A stretch of 64,000 bases of DNA from Nitrosopumilus sp. (GCA_965249555.1 OZ252243.1:1056001-1120000), one strand, 5' to 3'; counted from the stretch's first letter, positions 19,981 through 30,703 are shown. The notes: generated by a model not told the origin, from the sequence alone. Numbers and translations: made by a program.

Positions 19981-20931
19981 TTGAGTTTTCCAGCAGAATT
20001 TAAAAAGAAAAAATCATCAAATAAGAAAAAAATCGTAATCATAGTGTCTGTATTTCTAATTTTATTTTTCTTTGTTATTCCATTATTGGTATCTAGTTTC
20101 ACAGAACAAGATGAACAAGACAAAGAAACTTCAATAGACCAAATACCACAGGTTGTTACAGAACAAGATAGAGAAGCTACAATAGACCAAATACCACAGG
20201 TTGTTACAGAACAAGGTAAAGAAACTTCAATAGATGATCATAGTTGGTATTATGAGGATGGACAAGAGCCAATTAAAGAATCTAAAAATGAAAAATTAGA
20301 AACTGATAAAATTGATTTACAATCTGGTAAAGCATTTATTTCTGAAAGTAAAGATTTTGCTAAAACTTTGTTAGAAAGTTGTCTTAAAATTAATTCAGAA
20401 ACTAGGTACAATACGCATATTCAATGGATGAGAGATAACAAAGTAAATGAAAAAACAACAGAGATAATTAATTACTTGTACGATATACAGGAAAGAAAAA
20501 TAGAACTAGACAGAATAACTAATCAATCTTTAGATGTATTTTATGAATACTATGATTGTTTGTTTGATGTAGAAGAAAAATATGATGCTAATTACATCCA
20601 TGATGAAGATATTAAAGAATCTAAAAATGAAAAATTAGAAACTGATAAAATTGATTTACAATCTGGTAAAGCATTTATTTCTGAAAGTAAAGATTTTGCT
20701 AAAACTTTGTTAGAACATTGTGTTTCAGTTGATTCAGAAGTTGACTATTATGGGTTTGCTATATGGATAGAAGACAATCAAGTGTTTGAACTTACTAGAG
20801 AAGTATTCACATCTTTAGAATTGTTAGTGATGGAATATCCAGAACTAGAAAAACAAGCTACTCAGGCTCTATACATGTATGATGAATATCATAGTTGTTT
20901 GAGTGAAGTACGAGAAATATATGTTGGATAA
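19981..20931 (+). CDS. Membrane-anchored acidic surface protein with internal repeats
   Basis: Lys-rich N-terminus, one TM, 16-aa tandem repeats and a duplicated ~106-aa domain. Confidence 0.75.
   Translation: MSFPAEFKKKKSSNKKKIVIIVSVFLILFFFVIPLLVSSFTEQDEQDKETSIDQIPQVVTEQDREATIDQIPQVVTEQGKETSIDDHSWYYEDGQEPIKESKNEKLETDKIDLQSGKAFISESKDFAKTLLESCLKINSETRYNTHIQWMRDNKVNEKTTEIINYLYDIQERKIELDRITNQSLDVFYEYYDCLFDVEEKYDANYIHDEDIKESKNEKLETDKIDLQSGKAFISESKDFAKTLLEHCVSVDSEVDYYGFAIWIEDNQVFELTREVFTSLELLVMEYPELEKQATQALYMYDEYHSCLSEVREIYVG
20113..20234 (+). repeat. 48-bp tandem repeat, ~2.5 copies (EQDKETSIDQIPQVVT)
   Basis: Units begin at 20113, 20161 and 20209. Confidence 0.9.
20272..20715 (+). repeat. Perfect 105-bp direct repeat (20272-20376 and 20611-20715)
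   Basis: ATTAAAGAATCT...TTGTTAGAA is identical in both copies, 339 bp apart and in frame. Confidence 0.95.
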
Positions 20932-21102
20932 TTTTTAAATTATAATTTTAGAAAAGAGGTGGGGTTATTTGATAGAGATTGTTATGATTGTATCTATGTT
21001 CAATTTGACCCAATTTCTCTTGTAATTTTTTGTCCTTTATTTTTTTTAATTTTTGTTCAATTTTTTTATACTCTGCAATTAGTTTTCGAAGTTCTGATTT
21101 TT

Positions 21103-22365
21103 TCATTTTATTTTTAGTTCAATTTGTTTTTTAATGAACTTTGCAATTCTTTGTTTTTTCATCCATCCTGACACAACAATCTTCTTAGAATCTACAATGA
21201 TTACTTGATTGTTTTGAGGATTTTTTTTGTATCTAGATGAACCTATATCATTTGCTATTATCATATCTGACGATGATTCTTTTAATTTTTTTTGAGCAGA
21301 TTTGATTAATTGATTTTTTGTGAGATTTGTCTCTGCCTTAAAACCTACTAGTAGTACATTTTTTTGATATTTTTTAATTTGATCTATAATTTTTGGTACT
21401 TTTTTGAGGCTAATTTTTATCTCATTTTTTGAACTTTTGATTTTATTTTTACTTGGCTTTGTTGGAACATAATCTGCAACAGCTGCAGCCATAATTACAA
21501 TATCAAATTTTTTCTTTAATTCAGTTTTAACAGCATTGTGCATACCTTTACTGGATAAAACATTGATAATTTTTGCACCCTTTGGCGGTTTTTCTTCTCC
21601 AGGACCATAAACAAAAGTAACTTTGGCTCCTGCAGAAATTAATTCAGATGCTAGACTAACTCCTGTTTTTCCTGAACTTTGATTTGTAATCACTCGTACA
21701 GGATCTATATGTTCAATTGTTGGACCTGCAGTCATTAACACTTTTTTATTTTTTAATGCTGATCTTAATCCAAATTTCTTTAAGACATATTCTAATACAT
21801 CTTCTGGTTCTGAAGCTTTTGCTTTCCCTTCAATCATCTGAGGTGCAAGAAATTCAATCTTATTTTTTAAAAACTCCATGTTCTTTTTTACAGCTGAATT
21901 ATCATACATTGATTCATGCATAGCCAAACACATCAAGATTGGAATTTTTGATCCAAATCCAACAGTAAGTATAGTAGAAATTGGTGTATCATCAATTCCA
22001 TTTGCTAATTTTCCTAATGTATTTGCAGTTGCAGGATATACTATTACTAGATCTGATTGATTGTAATTTGCTAATCTAATATGTTCTAGTTCACCTGTAA
22101 GTTTTGTAATTACTTTATTGCCAGTAGCCCATTTGAAATAATCAGGCTGTATTAATTTTGTAGCTGCATTACTTGTGACACAGGTAACATCTGCTCCATG
22201 TCTCATGAGTAGTCTTGCAAGTTCTATTGCTTTGTATGCTGCAACACTTCCTGCAACACACAGTACAATTCTTTTTCCAGATAATTCTACACCATGTGAA
22301 CTAACAATATCTAAAGACGGATGATCTTTTTTCTTTATCTTCTTTTTAGCTACCAATCTGATCAC
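21103..22365 (-). CDS. coaBC: Bifunctional phosphopantothenoylcysteine decarboxylase/synthetase
   Basis: GSVAAYKA, PATANTLGK, DPVRVITNQSSGK, AAAVADY and GFKAE. Confidence 0.95.
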   Translation of the reverse strand: MIRLVAKKKIKKKDHPSLDIVSSHGVELSGKRIVLCVAGSVAAYKAIELARLLMRHGADVTCVTSNAATKLIQPDYFKWATGNKVITKLTGELEHIRLANYNQSDLVIVYPATANTLGKLANGIDDTPISTILTVGFGSKIPILMCLAMHESMYDNSAVKKNMEFLKNKIEFLAPQMIEGKAKASEPEDVLEYVLKKFGLRSALKNKKVLMTAGPTIEHIDPVRVITNQSSGKTGVSLASELISAGAKVTFVYGPGEEKPPKGAKIINVLSSKGMHNAVKTELKKKFDIVIMAAAVADYVPTKPSKNKIKSSKNEIKISLKKVPKIIDQIKKYQKNVLLVGFKAETNLTKNQLIKSAQKKLKESSSDMIIANDIGSSRYKKNPQNNQVIIVDSKKIVVSGWMKKQRIAKFIKKQIELKIK

Positions 22366-23185
22366 GTAACTTTTTTAGCTCTTCATCATCCATTGAAAAC
22401 CAGTTTTTTTCCGCAGGAAACACGCCTAATTCTACGTCTTTTTTGTAATTCTCAAGAGATTTCACAATATTTTCTGATAAATTCATGTATCTTTTTGCAA
22501 ACTTTGGTTTTATCTTATCATACATTCCTAACAAATCTTGAACAACTAGCACTTGTCCATCACAATTTACTCCTGAACCAATTCCTATTGTGGGAATACT
22601 AACAGTTTCAGAAATTATCTCTGCAACCTCATGACTAACCATTTCTAATGCAATACTAAACACACCTGCTTCTTCAAGCTCTTTTGCATCCTCGATTAAT
22701 CTCATTGCTGTATCTTTTGTTCTTCCTTGTACTTTGTATCCTTGTGAAAGCATTGTTGTTTGAGGTTGTAACCCAATATGCCCCATTACTGGAATTCCAA
22801 CATCAACTATGGCACTTATTGTCTCAGCCATTATTGAACCTCCTTCAAGTTTAACTGCATCAGCTCCTGCTTTGATTAGTCTACCAGAATTATTGATGGC
22901 ATCTTCTATACTTGCTTGGTATGACATAAATGGTAAATCAGATACTAGTAACGAATTTTTTCTTGCTTTACTAACTGCTTCTGTAAACATACACATTTGA
23001 TCCATTGTTACAGGAATTGTATTTTCATAACCAAGCATTACCATTCCTGCACTATCGCCAACTAACAATACATCAATTCCTGATTTATCACATAGAGAAG
23101 CTAAAGTGTAATCATAACTTGTAATTACTGAAATTTTCTTCTTTTCTTTTTTCATATTTAGAATATCTTGTACTGTTTTATGCAA
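22346..23185 (-). CDS. panB: 3-methyl-2-oxobutanoate hydroxymethyltransferase
   Basis: LVGDSAGM, DLPF, VKLEGG, GHIGL and GQVLVVQD. Confidence 0.96.
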   Translation of the reverse strand: MHKTVQDILNMKKEKKKISVITSYDYTLASLCDKSGIDVLLVGDSAGMVMLGYENTIPVTMDQMCMFTEAVSKARKNSLLVSDLPFMSYQASIEDAINNSGRLIKAGADAVKLEGGSIMAETISAIVDVGIPVMGHIGLQPQTTMLSQGYKVQGRTKDTAMRLIEDAKELEEAGVFSIALEMVSHEVAEIISETVSIPTIGIGSGVNCDGQVLVVQDLLGMYDKIKPKFAKRYMNLSENIVKSLENYKKDVELGVFPAEKNWFSMDDEELKKLRDQIGS

Positions 23186-23942
23186 CTCTGGCTCTCCTTG
23201 TAAGATTATTTTTTATTTGAATTACATTTTCTGTAAGATTTTTCTTGTTATCAAAATCATCAACAATTTTCTGAAGTATTTTTTGATTCTTTTTAGATAA
23301 TTTTTTAGATTCATTAATTAACAAATCAATTGCTCGTGTGACATTATCAACAATTGTGATGTTGGCTGTTTGTGAAGTTCTAGAAAGAGGATTTAGATCA
23401 AATGTAATAACAATTTTTCCTGCTTTTCTGAGTGCCATTGTCCTGTCTCCATCTTCTAGAGGTACCACTACAACATCAGCTGCAAAAATTCCATTTTTAG
23501 CTACAATTCTTCTAGCTGAATCAATATCTGATAGTTTTGTAGATGAAGTCAAACTTGTACCTAAAATCTCTCTTGCGCCATTCTTTTTGAGCGTCTTAAT
23601 TATTGCCTGTTTCCTCTTTTTATTACCATAAAACAAATTCACCTCAAGTCTTGCCTTGATCTGCTTTGATAGTCTTACGATTTGTTTGGGACATAGTGCT
23701 GCTATATTTCCATTAACTGAGATTACAGGTATATCTGCCAAAAGAAGTTGTGCAGCTGCAGCCTTGATGGCTTGCTTTGCAGCCTTGCCTGTTTTTTCTC
23801 CTAGTAGATAATCAAAAGCCTCTCCTCGTCCCTGAGCCAAGAGTCCTTCTTTTGCTACTAATCCATTATCAAATCCACTTACTAGTTTTTCACGAATTAA
23901 AAGTGATTTGGCTCTTGGATGTGATTTAGGAATTAAAGGCAT
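23178..23942 (-). CDS. Archaeal phosphopantothenate synthetase (PPS)
   Basis: SHPR, GRGEAFDYLLGE, VPLEDGDR and DLNPLSRT; lies in the CoA operon. Confidence 0.92.
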   Translation of the reverse strand: MPLIPKSHPRAKSLLIREKLVSGFDNGLVAKEGLLAQGRGEAFDYLLGEKTGKAAKQAIKAAAAQLLLADIPVISVNGNIAALCPKQIVRLSKQIKARLEVNLFYGNKKRKQAIIKTLKKNGAREILGTSLTSSTKLSDIDSARRIVAKNGIFAADVVVVPLEDGDRTMALRKAGKIVITFDLNPLSRTSQTANITIVDNVTRAIDLLINESKKLSKKNQKILQKIVDDFDNKKNLTENVIQIKNNLTRRARVA

Positions 23943-23952
23943 ATAATTTCAA

Positions 23953-24864
23953 TTAATTGTAAAGAACTCTTGCCCCATTATCATCCAACTCTGATTTTAT
24001 TATTATCCCATCAGGATATTTTTGTAAAATCTTTAGAACTTTATTTTCATCTTCTTTTGGAATCATTGAAAAGATTGTCTCTCCAAAGAATGCAATTCCA
24101 CATTTTATATTATTTTCAAATAATTCATTAACTAACTTTTGCATTCTCGGAGTCATAATATCTACGTATTTTGCAAATTCTAATGACATGTCTTGAAAAT
24201 GTTCATAATTTTTTGATTCTAATAATCTGTTTACCATTTTTCCACCAAGACCATTAATTTGAGATAAATGTTCTTTGATGAATTTATTTGTAGAAATTGG
24301 AGAGAAACATATCATAATTATAGAAATTTTTTCTGTCATGATTTTTTCTACACTACCAATTCCTGGAGCTCCGGGTTTCACACGAATTTCAAAACCACCA
24401 TGAAATGATGCCAAAACATCACCTAATCCAGTTTTACAATTAATTTCTGCATTATGTGCAATTTGTCCAATTATTGTTTTTTCTAATTTTGTTTCAAGAG
24501 CTTGATCTAATGCAAATGATAGTGATAATGCAACAGCACCACTAGAACCTAAACCATATCCAACTGGGATTGATATCTCATGTTCAATATCAAAAAACTT
24601 GTTTGAAAATTTTCCAAGCTTTAAAAATTCATTTAAAACAAATTCTGAAACATCTGTTTTATCTGATTGATATCCCTTTGTTATGATTCTAAAGTTTGAT
24701 TCTTGATTATCTCTTGTATCAATTTTTACTCTTGTTGTAACTCCTTGTTTAATTGAGAATCCAGCTCCCATAGAACCTAAATTTTCTAAAGAATTCTGAG
24801 TGTCATCTAAATGAGCTTTGAAAAATCCTGTAATATGAGCAGGACAAAATGCCGTAGCCTCCAT
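23953..24864 (-). CDS. Pantoate kinase (GHMP family, PoK)
   Basis: PAHITGFF, PVGYGLGSSGA and TGLGDV. Confidence 0.92.
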   Translation of the reverse strand: MEATAFCPAHITGFFKAHLDDTQNSLENLGSMGAGFSIKQGVTTRVKIDTRDNQESNFRIITKGYQSDKTDVSEFVLNEFLKLGKFSNKFFDIEHEISIPVGYGLGSSGAVALSLSFALDQALETKLEKTIIGQIAHNAEINCKTGLGDVLASFHGGFEIRVKPGAPGIGSVEKIMTEKISIIMICFSPISTNKFIKEHLSQINGLGGKMVNRLLESKNYEHFQDMSLEFAKYVDIMTPRMQKLVNELFENNIKCGIAFFGETIFSMIPKEDENKVLKILQKYPDGIIIKSELDDNGARVLYN

Positions 24865-24929
24865 TGATCTTAGTATAAATTTTACACAAAATATAAGAAT
24901 ATGGCTTAAATTACTTAAACTAGTATAAA

Positions 24930-25910
24930 TTGACTAAATTTATTCGGCGCCTACAAAGAATTGGAAGTAGCATCCTAGTATCGCTACCAAAAGAGTGGGT
25001 TGATGCAAATAATCTAGATAAAGGCAATCAAGTTGAGATTGAAACCGGACAAGGTAGTATTTCAATTTCTGCAAACAAAGAGAAACGTCCAACAAAAGAA
25101 CTTGTAATTTCCTATCCATTGCCAAAAGAAGAAAATATTGTAGCTGACATTACAGGAGCATATCTTTTAGGATATGATATAATTCAAATTAATTCAAAAT
25201 CATTTGTTCCTGGAGAAGATAGAGAAAAGATTCGTAATTCTATGAGAAGATTAGTTGGAATGGAAATCATTGAAGAAGATGCATCTCACATTAACATGCA
25301 ATTTCTTTTGGATGCAACAACACTCAATCCAGAAAAAATTCTCAAACGAATGAGTTCAATCTCGCTTGGTATGTATACTGATGCGGCAAACGGATTAATT
25401 TCAGATGACAAGTCTAATTTACAAACATTAGCAAATCGTGATGTTGAGGTGAATAGACAATATTTCTTACTTGTTCGTTTAATCCGTAGTACACTTGTTG
25501 ACAAAAGATTAGCTGGTATATTTAATTTAGAAAATATTGATGTTCTTGATTATAGGGTTGCAGCAAATCTTCTTGAAAATGCAGGTGACTCAATTGTTGA
25601 ACTTTCAAATTCCATATATGATTCATCTTTATCAAAAGAACATTCAAAAAAGATCTTTGATGTAGTCAAAGATTTCAGTAAACTTGCAGAAAAATCTATT
25701 AATGCATTTACAAAACCAGATAGACTTTTAGCTATTGAAGCAATATCATTGCATAAAAAATATGAAGCAGAACTTAGTAAACTAAGAACTACATTGGGTA
25801 ATAAAAAACAGATTCCAATAGAGTTTCTTGATTTAGTGTATATGTTTGAAAGAATAGCACAATCTTGGGCAGATGTAGCAGATCTTGTTCAGCCTATCTA
25901 CAATAAATAA
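24930..25910 (+). CDS. AbrB-PhoU family phosphate-uptake regulator
   Basis: N-terminal RRLQRIGSSILVSLPKEW (AbrB) followed by two PhoU repeats. Confidence 0.88.
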   Translation: MTKFIRRLQRIGSSILVSLPKEWVDANNLDKGNQVEIETGQGSISISANKEKRPTKELVISYPLPKEENIVADITGAYLLGYDIIQINSKSFVPGEDREKIRNSMRRLVGMEIIEEDASHINMQFLLDATTLNPEKILKRMSSISLGMYTDAANGLISDDKSNLQTLANRDVEVNRQYFLLVRLIRSTLVDKRLAGIFNLENIDVLDYRVAANLLENAGDSIVELSNSIYDSSLSKEHSKKIFDVVKDFSKLAEKSINAFTKPDRLLAIEAISLHKKYEAELSKLRTTLGNKKQIPIEFLDLVYMFERIAQSWADVADLVQPIYNK

Positions 25911-26426
25911 TTAGTATAGTTTCTTTTTAGTAGCATAAGTCAATACTGCACAAATTGTTTTTGAGTCTTCAATTTTTCCAGATTTTATCATTCCAAGTAA
26001 TTTTTGCATATCTATTTTTACTACAGATAATATCTCATCATCATCTAGTTTCAAATCAGCAATTTTCTTTAATCCTGAGGCTACAAAACAATGGATTTTC
26101 TCAGTATTATAGCCAATTGACGGATAGTATGTAATTAATGGAGTCATCTTTTTTGCTCTATATCCAGTCTCTTCTTCTAGTTCTCTGAATGCACATTTTA
26201 TTGGTTCTTCTCTTTTTTCCAATGTCCCAGCAGGAATTTCTAAAACATATCCATGAGGAAATCTATGTTGTTTAACAAGAATTACCTTGTTGTCTTCATC
26301 AAAAGCAAGCATTGCTGCAGCACCTCGATGTTCTATTATTTCACGTTTAACTTTTCTTCCCTCTATTTTTCCCTCATAAACACTAAGACCTATAATTTCC
26401 CCCTCATAGATCTTCTTTTTCTTCAT
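25911..26426 (-). CDS. NUDIX hydrolase (ADP-ribose pyrophosphatase-like)
   Basis: Nudix box PAGTLEKREEPIKCAFRELEEETGY. Confidence 0.92.
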   Translation of the reverse strand: MKKKKIYEGEIIGLSVYEGKIEGRKVKREIIEHRGAAAMLAFDEDNKVILVKQHRFPHGYVLEIPAGTLEKREEPIKCAFRELEEETGYRAKKMTPLITYYPSIGYNTEKIHCFVASGLKKIADLKLDDDEILSVVKIDMQKLLGMIKSGKIEDSKTICAVLTYATKKKLY

Positions 26427-26451
26427 AAGAAATCTTAGAAATTGTTATTAT

Positions 26452-27354
26452 TTAATTTGTTTGATATGTTAAATGTAATTTAGATGATTTTTTAAAATTA
26501 CTAATAGTCTTTTCTAACCATTTAATGTAAAATGAAATTTTTTTGGGAATGAACAGATCAGCTGATTTTACATTTTTAATGGTTCTAACTTTTTGAGTCA
26601 GTTCATCCATCTTGAATATACTATCACTGTACATAAATAAAACAATTTGATTTTTTGCAATAAAAGGAATTTGTAAATATGATTTAGAAAAAGTATTATT
26701 CATATTTTCTAATGTTTCTTTTAGATCTCCCTCTATCCAAGTAAGAATTACATAAGGAATAAAATTTTCAATTTTTCTAGAATCATAAACTAAGGTAAAT
26801 TGAATTCCATCATTTTCTTGTAATTTTTCAATACATCTTGTTATTGTTTTTGTTGACAAGTTTGTATTCTTAGCAATATTTTCAATTTTCTGTCTAGGAT
26901 CTTTAATTAATTTTTCTAGTATTTCTAAATCTGTTTTTGTAAGATTTGAATTATATCCAGGGCTTTCTGCTTCAAAAATTGATAGAACTCTAACATCCTT
27001 CATCAATTTACTTGCAAGCTCAATTTTTTGTTTTATATTTTCTTTTACAACAATACTGCAAACTGTAATTCCACCTATACATGGTACTACAAAATATGGC
27101 TCGCCTACAAGACTTACTTGTTCTAAAATCTCATTGATGTTTTCACCTGATACAACAAAGTACAAAACACCATAACCCAAGACAGGTGGTTCGACCTTAA
27201 TGAAAAATTCTTCAATTATCTTTCTTTTTTCCATTTTTTGAATTCTAGTGTGCACCGCTCCACCAGATATTCCTAATTCTATACCTATTTGCCTGTCAGA
27301 CTCTCTGCAATTATTCAAGAGCCTGCTTAGAATTTTCATATCTAAATTGTCCAT
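26452..27354 (-). CDS. Lrp/AsnC-family regulator with duplicated HTH
   Basis: Two AsnC-type HTHs (DNLDMKIL... and TKTDLEILEKLIKDPR...). Confidence 0.85.
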   Translation of the reverse strand: MDNLDMKILSRLLNNCRESDRQIGIELGISGGAVHTRIQKMEKRKIIEEFFIKVEPPVLGYGVLYFVVSGENINEILEQVSLVGEPYFVVPCIGGITVCSIVVKENIKQKIELASKLMKDVRVLSIFEAESPGYNSNLTKTDLEILEKLIKDPRQKIENIAKNTNLSTKTITRCIEKLQENDGIQFTLVYDSRKIENFIPYVILTWIEGDLKETLENMNNTFSKSYLQIPFIAKNQIVLFMYSDSIFKMDELTQKVRTIKNVKSADLFIPKKISFYIKWLEKTISNFKKSSKLHLTYQTN

Positions 27355-27461
27355 TTTATCATCTAAACAACTCCATAGAATATAGAAATTACTTATTTGA
27401 TATAAAACTGTCTATAATCTTATCAGTATACATCAAATACATTAAATATCAGACTATTTTA

Positions 27462-28658
27462 TTGACTCTATTGGATTATAGATTAAGATTAGCAAAAAGA
27501 ATGCTTTTCAACAAAAGAGGTAGTTTGATTGGCGCAGTTTTAGCTGTAACAATTGGAATTTTGGTAATTCATGTAAATTTTGTAATATTTCAAGGACTGT
27601 TTGATGCTATAGTTAGAGATATCAGCGATTACAGAAATGGTGATGTTCTTGTTACTGATGAAGCTGATTATATCGACAAATCAGATTTATCACTTGTTAA
27701 TTGGTTTGAAAGAATTCCATATGTTGAAGCGGCAACACCGCGGCTTTCATCAACTGCCGAAATGAATATGACAAAAAATGGAAAACGAATTGAAGAAACT
27801 AGAGTACCACTTGTGGGAGTTGATCCATTCCGTGATATTAGAGCATCAACTGTACATGAAACTGTTACAGAAGGAAGCTATGTCTTCTCAAGAAATTCTA
27901 TTGTACTCGGAGCAAATGTAGCAAGAGATCTTGGAGGAGCTCAAGTGGGAGATAGTATCAAAGTTCTTGTAGTTGATAGATACGGAGAAGATCAAATTCG
28001 CAGGTTTACTGTTTCTGGAATTGCAAATTCACCTGGTGGTCAAGGATTTGATTATACAGCTGTTGTACATATTGATACTTTACGTGATATGATGAGTAGA
28101 TCCGATGCAACTGGTTCATTGATAGTAAAACTCAGTGATCCATCCAAAGCATTAGAAGTAAAAGAATTCTTTTTACGTTCTTTTCCTAATGATGATTTTC
28201 TTGCAGAAACCATAGAAGAATCAGCAGAACAACAACTTGCTGGTTTTAGATCTGGTATTGCAATGATCAACATAATAGGTTATTTTGGAATGATGTCATC
28301 AGCATTTGCTATTGTCACAATTCAGATGATGTTAGTAAATGGAAAGACTAGAGAAATTGGTGTCATGAGATCAATTGGAGCTAAAAGAAAAGATATTCTA
28401 ATTATTTTTATTTTTCAAGGAATGATAATTGGAGCAATCGGTGCTGGAGTAGGAACTGCTGCAGGATTAGGCTATACGTTTTATGCAAAGGAATCAAAAA
28501 TGACATTTAACAACAGTCTACCTCTTGAAGTCACCTATAACTGGGAAAAAATCGTACAAACTGCATTGACCTCATTTGCCTTGGCAATTATTGCATCACT
28601 ATACCCGTCGTATAGGGCAACTAAGCTGTTACCCGTGGAGGCTATGAGAACTGTCTAA
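27462..28658 (+). CDS. ABC transporter permease, LolC/E-MacB-FtsX family
   Basis: N-terminal TM, periplasmic domain, REIGVMRSIGA and C-terminal YPSYRATKLLPVEAMR. Confidence 0.92.
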   Translation: MTLLDYRLRLAKRMLFNKRGSLIGAVLAVTIGILVIHVNFVIFQGLFDAIVRDISDYRNGDVLVTDEADYIDKSDLSLVNWFERIPYVEAATPRLSSTAEMNMTKNGKRIEETRVPLVGVDPFRDIRASTVHETVTEGSYVFSRNSIVLGANVARDLGGAQVGDSIKVLVVDRYGEDQIRRFTVSGIANSPGGQGFDYTAVVHIDTLRDMMSRSDATGSLIVKLSDPSKALEVKEFFLRSFPNDDFLAETIEESAEQQLAGFRSGIAMINIIGYFGMMSSAFAIVTIQMMLVNGKTREIGVMRSIGAKRKDILIIFIFQGMIIGAIGAGVGTAAGLGYTFYAKESKMTFNNSLPLEVTYNWEKIVQTALTSFALAIIASLYPSYRATKLLPVEAMRTV

Positions 28659-29355
28659 AGTACTTGAAATCAAAAATGTAAGTAAGATTTACGGAGAAGG
28701 AGAAAACAAAGTAAAAGCTCTTGATAATGTATCACTTTCAATTGGACAGGGAGAAGTTGTTTTAATTGTTGGAAGTTCAGGTTCTGGTAAATCTACATTA
28801 CTTAACATGATTGGATTATTAGATCATCCAACAAAAGGAAAGATCTTCATTGATGGAATTGACACTACAACATTAAATGATGATAAAATTTCCTCATTCA
28901 GAAATAAAAAATTAGGATTCATTTTCCAATTTTCTAATTTACTTACTGATCTTTCAGTACTAGAAAATGTATTGTTACCAAAACAAATTTCTGGAATTAA
29001 TGATACTGCTGAAAAAGATGCTAGAGATTTACTAAAAACAGTTGGACTTGAAGATCAAATGTACAAACGTGCAAATAAGATTTCAGGTGGACAAGCTCAA
29101 AGAGTGGCAATTGCAAGAGGATTAATCAATAAACCATCAATTGTTTTAGCTGATGAACCTACTGGTAATCTTGATTCAGTAACTTCAGAAACCATTGTTC
29201 AATTAATGAAATCAATGGCAAAAAAACTTAATCAAACATTCATTATTGTTACACACGAAAGAGAAAGTTTTGGTAATGTTGATAGAATAATTACAATCAA
29301 AGATGGTAGAGCATTTGAAGGTGAACAGCTATCAGAAGTGGAGGTTTTAGCATAA
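28651..29355 (+). CDS. ABC ATP-binding protein (LolD-like); likely CTG start at 28651
   Basis: Walker A GSSGSGKS lies upstream of the first ATG (28807); the frame is open from 28648; ISGGQAQR and LADEPTGNLD follow. Confidence 0.9.
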   Translation: MSKVLEIKNVSKIYGEGENKVKALDNVSLSIGQGEVVLIVGSSGSGKSTLLNMIGLLDHPTKGKIFIDGIDTTTLNDDKISSFRNKKLGFIFQFSNLLTDLSVLENVLLPKQISGINDTAEKDARDLLKTVGLEDQMYKRANKISGGQAQRVAIARGLINKPSIVLADEPTGNLDSVTSETIVQLMKSMAKKLNQTFIIVTHERESFGNVDRIITIKDGRAFEGEQLSEVEVLA

Positions 29356-30659
29356 TGAATCTCAAACTTGTGTTATCATTATTTGTCATAGCACTTGCAC
29401 CATTTGTTTTTGATAATTCATTTGCGCAAATAACATCTGGAGGATTTGGTAATTCTCCTTTTGAAAGAGACTTTGGTGATGTCAAATTCTTAGATGCATA
29501 CTTTGGTACATTAAATCAAAAAATCGAAGTTGAATCAGGAGATGCTAATGTTCCATTTACAGTTGTATTTGCAAATGTAGGGACGCAAGATATTACAGGA
29601 ATTAGAGGTCAACTATCATTACCATTTGGGTTCTCTGCATCTGATGGTCCAGGCATGATAATTCGTGCTGACAGTGATTCAAATTCATTGGCAGGAGCAA
29701 ATTTTCATCTGACTTTTTTTGTAAATCTTGATAAAAATGTACAAATTCAACAGTATCCCGGAACAGTAAAAGTTGATTATTCTAGATTAAGAGAATCTGG
29801 AGTTAGAACAGCTTTTGCTGACTTTGATTTCAAAGTAACAGGTGATAGTGTGATAAATGTAAAAGCATTAGAACTATTTCTTACATCTTTACAATCAAAT
29901 GATGTAATAATTGAAATTGCAAATGATGGAACTGCTCCAATTTCTGGTGTAGATATTGTTACAAGTAACACACAGACAGAGCGTGCATCAACATCATCAT
30001 CAACTACTAATGTAGAAAATGTTGTTATTTTAGAATCAAACTGGGATATTGGAAATATTGATCCAAAATCTGCTAGATATTTTACTGTAACAGTATATGT
30101 ACCTGAGGGACTTAAAGGTGATACTTTACGAATCCCTTTGTCCATTTCATACTATAATGCACATGGTGATCAACAAACAGTTGCAAAGATTGTTGATTTT
30201 TACATTAAGGGATTAATTGATCTTCGTGTTTTTAATGTAGATGTAATTGAATTATCTGGAACACAAATGGTAATTGGAGAAATCATTAATGAAGGAAATG
30301 ATGATGGATTATTTGGTTTTGTAACTATTGATCCTCGTGGAGATTCTAATATCAAATCAAATACTCAATTTATTGATGAAATTGAAGTTGATGCACCTGT
30401 ACCATTTAATTTACCAATAGAATTTGATGGTGAAACAAGATATGGGGAACATGACATTACCGTTACTGTAAGATACAAAGATAGTGTTAGAGATGAGATC
30501 TTTCTAACTCATGATGCAACAATCTTTGTTCAAGAACCATCAAATGGCAATGAAGATGATCCTGATTTAACAATGATGATTATCCCAATTATTCTGGCTA
30601 TAGGGGCAGGAATTTACATTATGCGTAGGCGTAAAAAGACAGCAATTGAGACAAGTTAG
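29355..30659 (+). CDS. COG1361-like S-layer/Ig-fold surface protein with C-terminal anchor
   Basis: Signal peptide, repeated beta domains with N-x-G motifs, C-terminal TM plus RRRKK; in the ABC operon. Confidence 0.75.
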   Translation: MNLKLVLSLFVIALAPFVFDNSFAQITSGGFGNSPFERDFGDVKFLDAYFGTLNQKIEVESGDANVPFTVVFANVGTQDITGIRGQLSLPFGFSASDGPGMIIRADSDSNSLAGANFHLTFFVNLDKNVQIQQYPGTVKVDYSRLRESGVRTAFADFDFKVTGDSVINVKALELFLTSLQSNDVIIEIANDGTAPISGVDIVTSNTQTERASTSSSTTNVENVVILESNWDIGNIDPKSARYFTVTVYVPEGLKGDTLRIPLSISYYNAHGDQQTVAKIVDFYIKGLIDLRVFNVDVIELSGTQMVIGEIINEGNDDGLFGFVTIDPRGDSNIKSNTQFIDEIEVDAPVPFNLPIEFDGETRYGEHDITVTVRYKDSVRDEIFLTHDATIFVQEPSNGNEDDPDLTMMIIPIILAIGAGIYIMRRRKKTAIETS

Positions 30660-30703
30660 AATTAAATTTCAAATCTAATACAAAAAAGTAAGGTTAATTC
30701 AAA

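Noticed and set aside
20272-20931. Diversity-generating retroelement TR/VR pair
   Set aside because: Differences between the two modules include many non-adenine positions, both copies are coding, and no reverse transcriptase is in the window.
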